Below, piece after piece: positions 11,427-19,916 of a stretch of 64,000 bases of DNA. Every line of letters starts with the position of its first letter. Within the stretch, counting starts at the first letter, position 1. The position numbers and the translations under genes are program-made. Source of the DNA: a plasmid. The notes below the pieces were generated by a model. It did not search any database. It was given only the letters and a program-made list of their open reading frames with translations, and had not been told where the DNA came from. The stretch lies in the sequence record CP080654.1. One strand, given 5' to 3'.

Positions 11427-13142
11427 ATGAAAACGGGCCAGACTACGGCTTCGAGTTCTACCCCAGTCGGCTTTCCCGATGCGGATTCGCTGGCTGCCTT
11501 GCGCGGCTGGTACGCGGGACTCAGCTCTCGCGCGGCCGTTGAACACTACCTGGCGGCACGCAAGGCCGCCGGTCAATCAGCGCGAGGGATGCTGGGGCAT
11601 ATCCGCCGCCAGCTCATCGTTTTCGCCAACAGCCGCCACCGGCCGGATCTGGCCGACGTGTTCCAGCACGCCCCCGAAGAGCGACAGGGGCGCGCGGGTG
11701 CCGTCGAACGCGCGATCCGGCTCTTGCCCACGCTGCCGGCGCCGAAGCCCCAGATCAGCGACAGCATCGACCAGTGGCTGTCTCCGAGGACCGTCAGGGC
11801 ACTGCAGGCGTACGGTATCCACACCCTCTCGGCGCTGACCGTGCGCATTCCCCGCCGGCGTGGCTGGTGGAAAGCCATCGAGGGACTCGGCATGACAGGC
11901 GCCCGGCAGGTCGAGGCTTTCTTTGCCGCACATCCGCAGCTCACCGAGCGCGCCCGGGCCCTGATCCCGATTATTCAGCCCAGCGGCATCGTGCCGTGGG
12001 AGCAGTTGCGTCTGCCGAACGAAGTCGACGGCTCGCAGGGCAATTTCCGGGCCCCGCGCAACGCTTGCACGCTGAATGCGACCAACGACTACGAGGCCGT
12101 GCAGGCCTGGCTGGCGCTGCACGAGACTGTCGCCACACAGCGCGCCTATCGCAAGGAGGCTGCGCGGCTAATCCTGTGGGCCATCGTCGAACGCGGACGG
12201 GCGCTATCATCCCTGACCACGGACGATGCAATCGCGTACCGGGCCTTTGTCCGGCACCCGACCCCGCGCGAGCGTTGGGTGGGGCCACCTCGACCACGCG
12301 ATTCGGTGGAATGGCGCCCCTTCTCGGGCGGCTTGTCCGCACGCTCGGCAGCGTATGCGCTGACGGTGCTCTCGGCGCTGTTCCGGTGGCTCATCGAGCA
12401 GCGCTATGTGCTGGCCAACCCTTTCGCCGGCGTCAAGGTACGCGGTCACGCCTTGCGGCCCGCACTGGATACGGCGCGAGGCTTTACCGAGGGAGAATGG
12501 CTACTGCTGCGCGCCATTGCAGACGGCCTGGAATGGTCCTACGGCTGGTCCGAGCCGGCAGCACAACGCCTGCGCTTCATGCTCGACTTCGGCTATGCCA
12601 CGGGCCTGCGCGCTAGCGAACTGGTCGGCGCCGTCCTGGGTAATGTCCGCCTCGACGAGCACGGTGACCACTGGCTGCATTTGGTTGGCAAAGGTGGCAA
12701 ACCAGGTAAGGTGGCCTTGCCGCCGCTCGCGTATACGGCGCTGGACCAATACTTGGCACAGCGTCAACTGCCAGTCAGCCGGGAACGGTGGAATCCGAAA
12801 ACGCCCCTGGTGGGCAGTCTTGGGGAAGACGGTAATGCCGGCATCACCGGCCCTCACCTTTGGTGCGTGTTGCGAAGATTCTTTACGCAAGCCGCTGAGG
12901 CCATTGAGGCCGATCATCCGGTCGCCGCCGAAAAGCTGCGCCGTGCCACGCCTCATTGGATGCGTCACAGTCATGCCAGCCATGCGTTGGCCCGGGGAGC
13001 TCAGCTCACCGCGGTGCGCGACAACCTACGCCATGCGTCGATCGCCACGACGTCGATGTATTTGCATGGCGATGAGCTCGAGCGCGCCAGGCAGATGCGG
13101 CAGGCTTTTGGCGCTCGTCACGTCAAGCGAGGAGTCGACTGA
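11427..13142 (+). CDS. tnpR: Site-specific recombinase of Tn4401 (571 aa), annotated as tnpR/resolvase in this transposon but tyrosine-recombinase family by sequence
   Basis: C-terminal catalytic signature ..TPHWMRHSHASHALARG...TTSMYLHGD (R-H-x-x-R-H...Y); lies immediately inside IRL and divergent from tnpA. Confidence 0.75.
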   Translation: MKTGQTTASSSTPVGFPDADSLAALRGWYAGLSSRAAVEHYLAARKAAGQSARGMLGHIRRQLIVFANSRHRPDLADVFQHAPEERQGRAGAVERAIRLLPTLPAPKPQISDSIDQWLSPRTVRALQAYGIHTLSALTVRIPRRRGWWKAIEGLGMTGARQVEAFFAAHPQLTERARALIPIIQPSGIVPWEQLRLPNEVDGSQGNFRAPRNACTLNATNDYEAVQAWLALHETVATQRAYRKEAARLILWAIVERGRALSSLTTDDAIAYRAFVRHPTPRERWVGPPRPRDSVEWRPFSGGLSARSAAYALTVLSALFRWLIEQRYVLANPFAGVKVRGHALRPALDTARGFTEGEWLLLRAIADGLEWSYGWSEPAAQRLRFMLDFGYATGLRASELVGAVLGNVRLDEHGDHWLHLVGKGGKPGKVALPPLAYTALDQYLAQRQLPVSRERWNPKTPLVGSLGEDGNAGITGPHLWCVLRRFFTQAAEAIEADHPVAAEKLRRATPHWMRHSHASHALARGAQLTAVRDNLRHASIATTSMYLHGDELERARQMRQAFGARHVKRGVD

Positions 13143-13155
13143 ATTTTCATCATAC

Positions 13156-13194
13156 GGAATGACGGAATTTTCTGGGATTCCCGCTTAGAACCCC
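13156..13194. repeat. Tn4401 left terminal inverted repeat (IRL)
   Basis: Reverse complement ggggttctaagcgggaatcccagaaaattccgtcattccg matches IRR. Confidence 0.8.
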
Positions 13195-13436
13195 TCAATG
13201 CTGGCCTCAACAAATTGGGTGAATTTTAACAATATGTTCACGCTCTCGCCCTGCCCCGGCACAGTCCGCTGAAGGAATGGCAGTTCCGTTCACCACATTT
13301 GCTAAGACATCAGGACTTACTTTGTAATCTGGAAGTACATCGAAGTTGCAACAATAGTACTCTATTGCGTGACGTAGATTCGTGACGTATAGTTACTGCA
13401 ACTTTTTTGTTTATAACTACCGTCAGGTACAAAATT

Positions 13437-13592
13437 ATGTCTCCCGTACAAGCTAAACAAAAGCAGCATGAACGCTACGAAGCCGTAGCGGTGCAGGTTT
13501 TGCGTGGTCGTGCCGGTTACAAACCTGCCGTGAAAAGCCGCTTCAGTAAGTCAGCTAGCAGCAAATTCTCTCATACTATCGCTTTTGCCTGA
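13437..13592 (+). CDS. Small basic protein (51 aa; MSPVQAKQKQHERYEAVAVQVLRGRAGYKPAVKSRFSKSASSKFSHTIAFA), function unknown
   Basis: ORF with upstream direct repeats cgtgacgta x2 (candidate operator) and followed by an intrinsic terminator. Confidence 0.3.
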   Translation: MSPVQAKQKQHERYEAVAVQVLRGRAGYKPAVKSRFSKSASSKFSHTIAFA

Positions 13593-13613
13593 TCCTGGAC
13601 TTTGAGGCACAAT

Positions 13614-13640
13614 AAACCATCATTCGCTGATGGTTTTTTT
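13614..13640 (+). terminator. Rho-independent terminator (ccatca-ttcgc-tgatgg plus T7) immediately followed by the next start codon
   Basis: Stem-loop plus T-run read directly; ATG of the downstream CDS at 13641. Confidence 0.55.
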
Positions 13641-14633
13641 ATGCCTGTTCAAGACGTTATTCCCCCCTATGAGCAGATGTACCTGCTAAATCAGCAGCTG
13701 ATCTGCAACGCTGACCAGTTCAAACATGCCGTTATCACAGTTGGCGGTCAGGCTGTGCAATACTGGATATCCTATTATCATGCACAATACGGCGACAGAT
13801 TGCCTGATGAGCGCCTCACCACATCTGTTGACTGCGACTACAGCGCCCGGAAAGATGATATTGCGGCTATAGCAAAAACGCTCAACGTTAAGACGTGGGA
13901 GAACAAAGACGGTCAGCCCCCATCCCTTGCGCAGTTTATGCTTATCGATCAGGATACACACGATATCAAACGGGATGATGGACGCTTATTTGCCGTACCG
14001 GATGCGCCTGACGAGCCAAATGTGGTGGATATTATCGACCGCCCCGGAGGCTTTGACCGTTCTGATTTTCAGGGGAAAAAGCTTTACCTGTATACCGCCC
14101 CGTTTTATGTAGAAGCAACCGGCCCCGGCATGCCTGAAATGAATGAAAAGGTAAGGGTATTGAACCCTGTTGCCTGTATGCGCTCGCGCTTTAGCAATCT
14201 GATTGCCTTGCGCCGTGATGCTGAAATTGAAATTGCGCGTATTAACGCGCTCAAGATCCCGTGTTATTTCTTTCTCATCGAACAGTTTGATGAACAGCCG
14301 TTCAAAGTTGCACGAGGAATCTTTATGGATTTATGGAGGCTCGCGAATGACGAAAGCTGTCTGCGCCATCAGGCCTTCTGGCATAGCTGGCAGGGGCCGC
14401 TTCTTGAAGGGCAACAAAGTAACAACATCACTCTGATTGATGTGTTGGAAGGCGTACATGTATACCTGGAAGGGCATCTTGATGACTTTGAAATACCGGA
14501 AGCCTTTGTCACCAAAGAAGTACCGCTAAAGCTCGCACAGCTGCGTGAACGCTGGGAGCGTTACGTGGTACTCAATGCTGAATGGGCAGCAAGAGGGCGC
14601 AGGGGATTTGAACGTAATCCCCGTGATGATTAG
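13641..14633 (+). CDS. Hypothetical 330-aa protein of unknown function (listed ORF 13602.. includes 13 non-coding codons spanning the terminator)
   Basis: Long ORF with backbone-like GC; no confidently recognisable motif. Confidence 0.5.
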   Translation: MPVQDVIPPYEQMYLLNQQLICNADQFKHAVITVGGQAVQYWISYYHAQYGDRLPDERLTTSVDCDYSARKDDIAAIAKTLNVKTWENKDGQPPSLAQFMLIDQDTHDIKRDDGRLFAVPDAPDEPNVVDIIDRPGGFDRSDFQGKKLYLYTAPFYVEATGPGMPEMNEKVRVLNPVACMRSRFSNLIALRRDAEIEIARINALKIPCYFFLIEQFDEQPFKVARGIFMDLWRLANDESCLRHQAFWHSWQGPLLEGQQSNNITLIDVLEGVHVYLEGHLDDFEIPEAFVTKEVPLKLAQLRERWERYVVLNAEWAARGRRGFERNPRDD

Positions 14634-14659
14634 CCTCCTTTGGGCTGAAAAATTTGCGC

Positions 14660-14821
14660 ATGTGCAAATCACCGGAGCACACGCTAATAGGCCGTTCAGA
14701 AGGTGAGCGTCAGGCCACTCTGAAAATTGACCGCACCATGCTGCAGAACGGCATTGACCGCAATACCGTCATGAAAATGACCGGTCTGACTGAAGACGAC
14801 CTGGCGCAGATCCGCCACTAA
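14660..14821 (+). CDS. 53-aa ORF resembling the conserved C-terminal tail of Rpn/YhgA-like (transposase_31, PD-(D/E)xK) recombination-promoting nucleases; likely a gene remnant or tail-only gene
   Basis: ..GERQATLKIDRTMLQNGIDRNTVMKMTGLTEDDLAQIRH* pattern; stop codon overlaps the TAATC target duplication. Confidence 0.35.
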   Translation: MCKSPEHTLIGRSEGERQATLKIDRTMLQNGIDRNTVMKMTGLTEDDLAQIRH

Positions 14822-14823
14822 TC

Positions 14824-15030
14824 GGGGGCTGATGCTCAGTCGAACGAAAACTCACGTTAGGCGAGAGAAGTCGTCTGAAAAATCGATTAATGGACAATGG
14901 TGTCCATTAAGTGCCATTTGCCGATTAAAAACACACCGCTTTAGGCACATTTTTCACTGTCCACAATATTCTGATTTATCGGACAAAAAGTCCTTAACGT
15001 GTGAAACCGTTCCGTTGAGCGTCAAACCCC
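14824..15030 (+). mobile_element. 207-bp Tn3-derived inverted-repeat miniature element (TIME), IS101-like, flanked by 5-bp TAATC target-site duplication
   Basis: 38-bp Tn3-family IRs ggggctgatgctcagtcgaacgaaaactcacgttagg (left) and the reverse complement of cttaacgtgtgaaaccgttccgttgagcgtcaaacccc (right); TAATC at 14819-14823 and 15031-15035; no ORF. Confidence 0.8.
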
Positions 15031-15641
15031 TAATCCCCCTTTCCTGGCACTCCCTGTCCGGCCATCAGCGTAAACAGGTGGGGCAGGGAGGTATTCCTTT
15101 CAGGCGCTGCCAGCCAGCCACAGCGGCTGAACAGCGGCATCAGGTCTGCCACATTCCCGGTCAGACGCGTCAGCAGCGGATTTATCTGTCGGCCATTGTC
15201 GTCAAAGGCCGCATCGAGGTGAGTCCGGGAGAGATAAATGCCGTTCACGCCGGCATTCAGGGTGACGGCATACCGGCCGGCCCATTCCCTGTCGTTCAGC
15301 AGGCGGTAGTTCCAGAGCATATCCTTCGCAGTTTCCAGGGCATACGTCAGCCGGAACAGGTCGTTCTGTTCAGACAGCTCGCCGGAGCAGGAGCGCCAGA
15401 GGTAATCCATTTTTTCGGGCAGTCTGGCCTTGATGCCATGCCGTCGCCCCTGAGCCAGCAGCCAGCTGATGTCCTGCGAGACCTCCCGCGGAAAACGCCG
15501 CTGCTTCAGGGCCGTGGCCAGCCAGCGGGTGAGAAAGAGGTTTGCCTGAGCAGCCGACCGGACGCCGCCGTCCTGCCGGGCCAGCGCCAGGGCAATCAGG
15601 CCGCACCAGGCAAGGTGCCCGGACTTATTCAGTTTCGTCAT
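15030..15641 (-). CDS. Hypothetical 203-aa protein (start MTKLNKSGHLAWCGL..); its start overlaps the stop of the upstream FinO-like gene
   Basis: ORF; 17-bp overlap with upstream gene suggests an operon; TAG stop abuts the TIME end. Confidence 0.45.
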   Translation of the reverse strand: MTKLNKSGHLAWCGLIALALARQDGGVRSAAQANLFLTRWLATALKQRRFPREVSQDISWLLAQGRRHGIKARLPEKMDYLWRSCSGELSEQNDLFRLTYALETAKDMLWNYRLLNDREWAGRYAVTLNAGVNGIYLSRTHLDAAFDDNGRQINPLLTRLTGNVADLMPLFSRCGWLAAPERNTSLPHLFTLMAGQGVPGKGD

Positions 15642-16215
15642 GGTTTTTTTTCTCCCTGGCCGCCCGGGAGAGGTCCATTTTCGCCCTGATTCGGGAGACC
15701 TGGAGGCGGGCATACTCCGCCTCCGGCGCGGTTACCGTGCCCACGGGCTCACCGTGAATGTCATAGCGGGGGGTTCCTTCCTTCAGGCAGCGCTGGTACT
15801 CAATGCGGCTGGTAACAGTCCGGATGGCCTGTATCCACGTCCCGAATGTCATGCCGCAGTCAGGATGCGCATCGATGTACGCCTTCACCTGCTCTTTAAT
15901 CCCCACCTTCATGGGCCGGAATTTCCCCTTCTCAAACTCCGGCCACAGTGCCGGAAAGGTTCTGGCAAAGAGCGCCATTCTGTCGCGGCTTTTCTGCGCA
16001 TGCCGGTTCCGTTTATCCGGAGAGCGGGCCGTCGTGTTTTTCGCATCCGGGGTATCAGGCGCGGCAAGAGCCGCCGGGGCTCCGGTGGTTATCTCCCGGA
16101 GAGGGGGGGCAGGATGTGTCTGTCCGGATTCAGGGTCTTTCAGACGTGATTTTCTGACCACAATCACAGGGGCTTTTTTCTCGGTCATAAGGGACTCCGG
16201 GGGCAGTGTTGTCAC
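15625..16215 (-). CDS. ProQ/FinO-family RNA-binding protein (second FinO-like paralog, 196 aa)
   Basis: C-terminal domain aligns with FinO (..FPALWPEF..GIKEQVKAYIDAHPD..TWIQAIRTVTSRIEYQRCLKEGTPRYDIHGEPVGTVTAPEAEYARLQ..) with a basic N-terminus. Confidence 0.65.
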   Translation of the reverse strand: MTTLPPESLMTEKKAPVIVVRKSRLKDPESGQTHPAPPLREITTGAPAALAAPDTPDAKNTTARSPDKRNRHAQKSRDRMALFARTFPALWPEFEKGKFRPMKVGIKEQVKAYIDAHPDCGMTFGTWIQAIRTVTSRIEYQRCLKEGTPRYDIHGEPVGTVTAPEAEYARLQVSRIRAKMDLSRAAREKKNHDETE

Positions 16216-17225
16216 CGTCTGATTATATCATAATACCATGTTTCTGTTACGAATTATGTATCCGGAATGTCTTGTTTTTCGGGTTTTCAGATGCGCGGTG
16301 TACGAAACTATCAGGCTGTCGGTTTGTGGTTTTGCTTACTTTCGGACACACAGGCGGCATGGTGTACGTAATCGCTCGATTTCGGACACAGAAACGCTGT
16401 AGCCCCGCAATCCGAGGGTTCGCTAATAGCCGTCTGGTCAAAAAGTAGTCTTAGCGTAAGTTATTTTCCCTTTTCCAGGCGGCCCCCTGATGCGCGTAGC
16501 GCATGGGAGCGAAGCGATACGACCGCGCAGTATTGCGCGGGGTTTTTCTTTTCCGGCTCAGAAGTGAGTGAATCACTTAAGTCAAATGACCAGAAGCAGG
16601 TTAATACGGTAGTTCACCCCCCCTTCCTGCCAGACAATAGCGGATTGTCAGTGTCACAGGAGGTTCTGTACGCGGTCGGAGTGGTCACGACAAGGCGCAG
16701 CCGCCGTCGGGGCGTATCTCCGCGTTAGCGGGCCGTGAGGGCCGCTTACGAGCGTGTTACTCAATACTTACAGCGACACTACTTACCGCGACGCACAACT
16801 ATAGTTACAACACCCATCATTAAAAGCGACACTACTCCCGGCCTTCGGCCGGGGGCGGCGGCGCTTTTCAGTGGTGGGGAGGGGCACCTGGCTGGCAAAC
16901 CGGCGCCGGTTTTATGACGGATTTCCTTTTGAATGCTGTAACTAATGTGGTTCTCCGGTCGGGGCCCGTCGCGAAGCGATGGGAGCTCTCTCTGGTGTTG
17001 CCGAACCGTCGCGACCGTCAGGTCGCTGCAAGGGCGGGGATTCTCCGCAGCCTGTCCACAGGGCAGGCGATGAACAGGTTATTTGTTTACAGGATTTATT
17101 AAAGGATCTTTAAAAGAGGTACAGAGCTGGTGTTTAAAAGGAACCACGCGCCCTGAAAGCCCGACGGCATGTGCTTTGTGCGTATCACGGTTGTAGCCTA
17201 ATGAAATACTCCCTTGCAGTTATAT

Positions 17226-17234
17226 GTGGATAAC
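17226..17234 (-). promoter_or_regulatory. DnaA box (TTATCCACA on the minus strand) about 175 bp downstream of repA1; marks the IncFII oriR region (about 17050-17400)
   Basis: tgtggataa read directly; position relative to the repA1 stop matches the R1/R100 origin layout. Confidence 0.45.
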
Positions 17235-17406
17235 AGAAATCGGCCGTCAGAAGTGACGCCGGCGATAACATTTAAGGCCACGTTGACGCCAGGAAGACCG
17301 GAATTATGGTGAGGAATGCAGGCCTGAAGATAAGATAATACGTAGTAGCCGGCCAACAGGCGTGCGAAAGCCTCCGGCGCCGGCCGGATTTTTTAAAGAA
17401 GGAATG

Positions 17407-18264
17407 TTATAGGGGGGCAGTGGCCAGCCGCGTGTAGTTGTTTCCGCGCGACAGCAGCATGCGCTCCTGCACACGGCGCTCAACCTCACGCTTCAGCGCT
17501 TCTTTATCGCCCCTGAAGCGGCCGGTGGCGTATTCGCGGGTCAGTTGCTGACGCACGCGCGTCTCGATGTCATGACGCTGCCGTGATGCATCCCGCCGTG
17601 CAGTATCCCGCTTCCGGCCGTGAGATTTACGCTCAGCCTGATAGCTGCGAAAACGCTCACGCACGAACCGCCACGCTTTTGCGATCAGCTCGTCCATCTC
17701 CAGCGGTTTCAGTTTCTGCTTTTTGCGCTGCAGGTTTTCCCACTCCACACGGCTGCGGCGCGCGGCCACCACAGCCACCTCAGAAACGTCAAGCGCGGAA
17801 AACAGAGCCGGGGTGAAGGTGATATCGGTCGGGATGTTACAGCCGATCTGCGGGTCATATTCCGTCTGATAGGTGATGAGCCCCAGCTCCGCCAAAAACT
17901 TCAGCGCCCGCGTGGCACGGCTGACTGACAGGTTGCCGCTCCTTGACTCGGTGGCCAGTCCACACTCGATGGCCATATTGGTAATCGAGCGCTGCACGCG
18001 ATTGGCCAGCGGATCATAGTGAAAACACATTGCCTGCAGTAGCGCGTCAATTGCACGCCGGCGCAACAGTGGTGGCATCCTGTGCCGCTTACCCAGCGAA
18101 CGCAAAAACGCCACATGAATGGAAAAATCAAAACGGGACGTGAAGCCTTCGGCTTTCGCCATCAGCTTACGGCAGAACGGCAGGGTCTTTTTCCCTTCTC
18201 GCGGCGTGAAAACCGGGTTCGGGTTTTTAACCTGTGAATAGTGGTTTTGAAGGATATCAGTCAC
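17407..18264 (-). CDS. repA: IncFII replication initiator RepA1 (285 aa)
   Basis: High similarity along the full length to R100/R1 RepA1 ([32 protein letters not shown]..). Confidence 0.92.
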   Translation of the reverse strand: MTDILQNHYSQVKNPNPVFTPREGKKTLPFCRKLMAKAEGFTSRFDFSIHVAFLRSLGKRHRMPPLLRRRAIDALLQAMCFHYDPLANRVQRSITNMAIECGLATESRSGNLSVSRATRALKFLAELGLITYQTEYDPQIGCNIPTDITFTPALFSALDVSEVAVVAARRSRVEWENLQRKKQKLKPLEMDELIAKAWRFVRERFRSYQAERKSHGRKRDTARRDASRQRHDIETRVRQQLTREYATGRFRGDKEALKREVERRVQERMLLSRGNNYTRLATAPL

Positions 18265-18334
18265 CGCTTCCTGCGCTTATGTTGCACAGAAGGAGCGAAT
18301 GACACAGAAACTGATCTTGAAGTTTTCTGAGCAT
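18257..18334 (-). CDS. tap: Leader peptide Tap (25 aa, [25 protein letters not shown]) translationally coupled to repA1
   Basis: Short ORF ending 8 nt inside the repA1 start, as in R1. Confidence 0.5.
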   Translation of the reverse strand: MLRKLQDQFLCHSLLLCNISAGSGD

Positions 18335-18339
18335 GTACA

Positions 18340-18440
18340 TATACTCCCTGCATAGAGCAACACGTTCTATGCAGTTTATGAAGGCCCCGTTAATCTTTTC
18401 GTTCCGCCAAGATTGAAGAAGATTATCGGGGTTTTTGCTT
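18340..18440 (+). ncRNA. copA: Predicted copA antisense RNA region (coordinates approximate)
   Basis: Inferred from the IncFII architecture copB - copA/CopT - tap - repA1; exact ends not determined. Confidence 0.3.
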
Positions 18441-18565
18441 TTCTGGTCCCGGGTAGATACCTCATCAGAACCAGTTCCCTGCCACCTTACGGCGTGGCAC
18501 ACCAAAAACTCTACTCTCGCAGCAATTTAACACTCATCGGGTAAAGGTTCAAGAAAGTAAGCCCA

Positions 18566-18817
18566 TTAAGCTATGTTTCTGGCTAATGCTTCGCGGTGGA
18601 TCAACCGGGACAGTACTTCAGCCTGTGTTAACCCATCGTCATGACACATTTTCATCAATATTTCTTTGAGCTGTGGTTCCAGAAACACTTTAACTTCTTT
18701 ATGGGTGGCCCTTTTCTTTGCCACTGAAGATCGCTGTTTATCAGCAGCGCTAAGTGGGTTCCCTTTTCGGTAGGGACGTTTCGATGAGGAAGTAACTCCG
18801 TTAACGACCTGTGACAT
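18566..18817 (-). CDS. copB: CopB/RepA2 transcriptional repressor of repA (83 aa)
   Basis: MSQVVNGVTSSSKRPYRKGNPLSAADKQRSSVAKKRATHKEVKVF..GLTQAEVLSRLIHREA similar to R1 CopB. Confidence 0.8.
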   Translation of the reverse strand: MSQVVNGVTSSSKRPYRKGNPLSAADKQRSSVAKKRATHKEVKVFLEPQLKEILMKMCHDDGLTQAEVLSRLIHREALARNIA

Positions 18818-18952
18818 CTCTGCCTCCTCAAGCATTAAACCAAATACCTGGACAAAGATACTACATGTCTTTATAGGCAGCGAGAGCACACATTAATTTA
18901 ATGTAAAATACATTTTCCTGTTGGCGCAGAAAAAATGTGTTCAATGTGATCG

Positions 18953-19513
18953 TTAGTACGATGAATACCAGTCAGTACCGCCATTCCAGCGGGACTGCCA
19001 GTGCCGCAGATAGTGTTGAGCAACGACTGGAACATCCCACACGACAAGCACGTTCTCTGAATTGACCCGATCAGCGGCTCGAGTGTAGTTAAAAGACCCC
19101 ACTTCAACATTACGGCCGTCAGCAATAATGACTTTATCGTGCATGATTTTGTACTGCGACACTGTGCGAACCGGGATACCGGCATTGACCAGAAGATTCA
19201 TGGCCGCCAGACTCGCCTTGTTTTGCCTGCCTGTATTGGCTTTCCAGTCCAGAACCACTTTCACATCGAGACCACGCTGTTTTGCCCTGACAAGCGCGCC
19301 GGCGACTTCGGGTGAGGTGAAGGAATAGCCCATCAGCCGGATTTCCTGCTGTGCAGAATTAATAGTCTTCAGGACCAGCTGCAGAGCCGTTCCTTCCGGC
19401 GAATACCCCGTCTCGATGCTGGCGGCATACACGGCCGGAACGGGTGCAAACAAAGACAGGCTGATAAGCCCGTACAGACAACATCTGCGGAGCGTACGGT
19501 TCATTTTTTTCAC
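18953..19513 (-). CDS. nuc: Phospholipase-D-family endonuclease (Nuc-like, 186 aa) with signal peptide
   Basis: HKD motif (..IMHDKVIIADGRNVEVGSFNYT..), N-terminal secretion signal; resembles pKM101 Nuc. Confidence 0.8.
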   Translation of the reverse strand: MKKMNRTLRRCCLYGLISLSLFAPVPAVYAASIETGYSPEGTALQLVLKTINSAQQEIRLMGYSFTSPEVAGALVRAKQRGLDVKVVLDWKANTGRQNKASLAAMNLLVNAGIPVRTVSQYKIMHDKVIIADGRNVEVGSFNYTRAADRVNSENVLVVWDVPVVAQHYLRHWQSRWNGGTDWYSSY

Positions 19514-19607
19514 AGTATTTCCTTAACGGGTGTTTAAGAAACGCCGGGAGCGGGGAAACTGGCTTTTCCCCGTTCCCGGGGTTGGACAACGACGCGATGC
19601 GGAGGCG

Positions 19608-19916
19608 TCAGGATTTTGTGGTATGACGAAACCAGTAGCAGACGGGTCCGTCGCCGGTATCGTGGACAGATCCCAGAAACCAGCCATCATCATCCGGTGG
19701 CTCCGGTATCCAGCCACGGGCATCCGGGGCTTCATCCGTAAATCCGGCAGCGAAAGCTTCAGGCGCTTCATCGCGCATTGTCATCACAAAGCACTGTAGT
19801 TTATGGGTTCTGAGCCAGTAACTTAATTCTGCGGAAGTTTCACAGCCACTTCGTACCAGCGCAGGATGTGTCCAGTACCCCTGTTCATCACGTTTCACTT
19901 CGGCGGCGATAATCAT
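19608..19916 (-). CDS. Hypothetical 102-aa acidic protein, start overlaps the upstream gene stop by 4 bp
   Basis: ORF in operon arrangement. Confidence 0.4.
   Translation of the reverse strand: MIIAAEVKRDEQGYWTHPALVRSGCETSAELSYWLRTHKLQCFVMTMRDEAPEAFAAGFTDEAPDARGWIPEPPDDDGWFLGSVHDTGDGPVCYWFRHTTKS

Noticed and set aside
13602-13640. Upstream ATG (13602) of the 343-aa ORF
   Set aside because: The first 13 codons span an intrinsic terminator hairpin and T-run; the ATG at 13641 directly after the terminator is the plausible start.
16519-16550. Hairpin ccgcgcagtattgcgcgg followed by a T-rich run (possible + strand terminator)
   Set aside because: No upstream + strand gene to terminate; could equally be an origin-associated structure; left unassigned.
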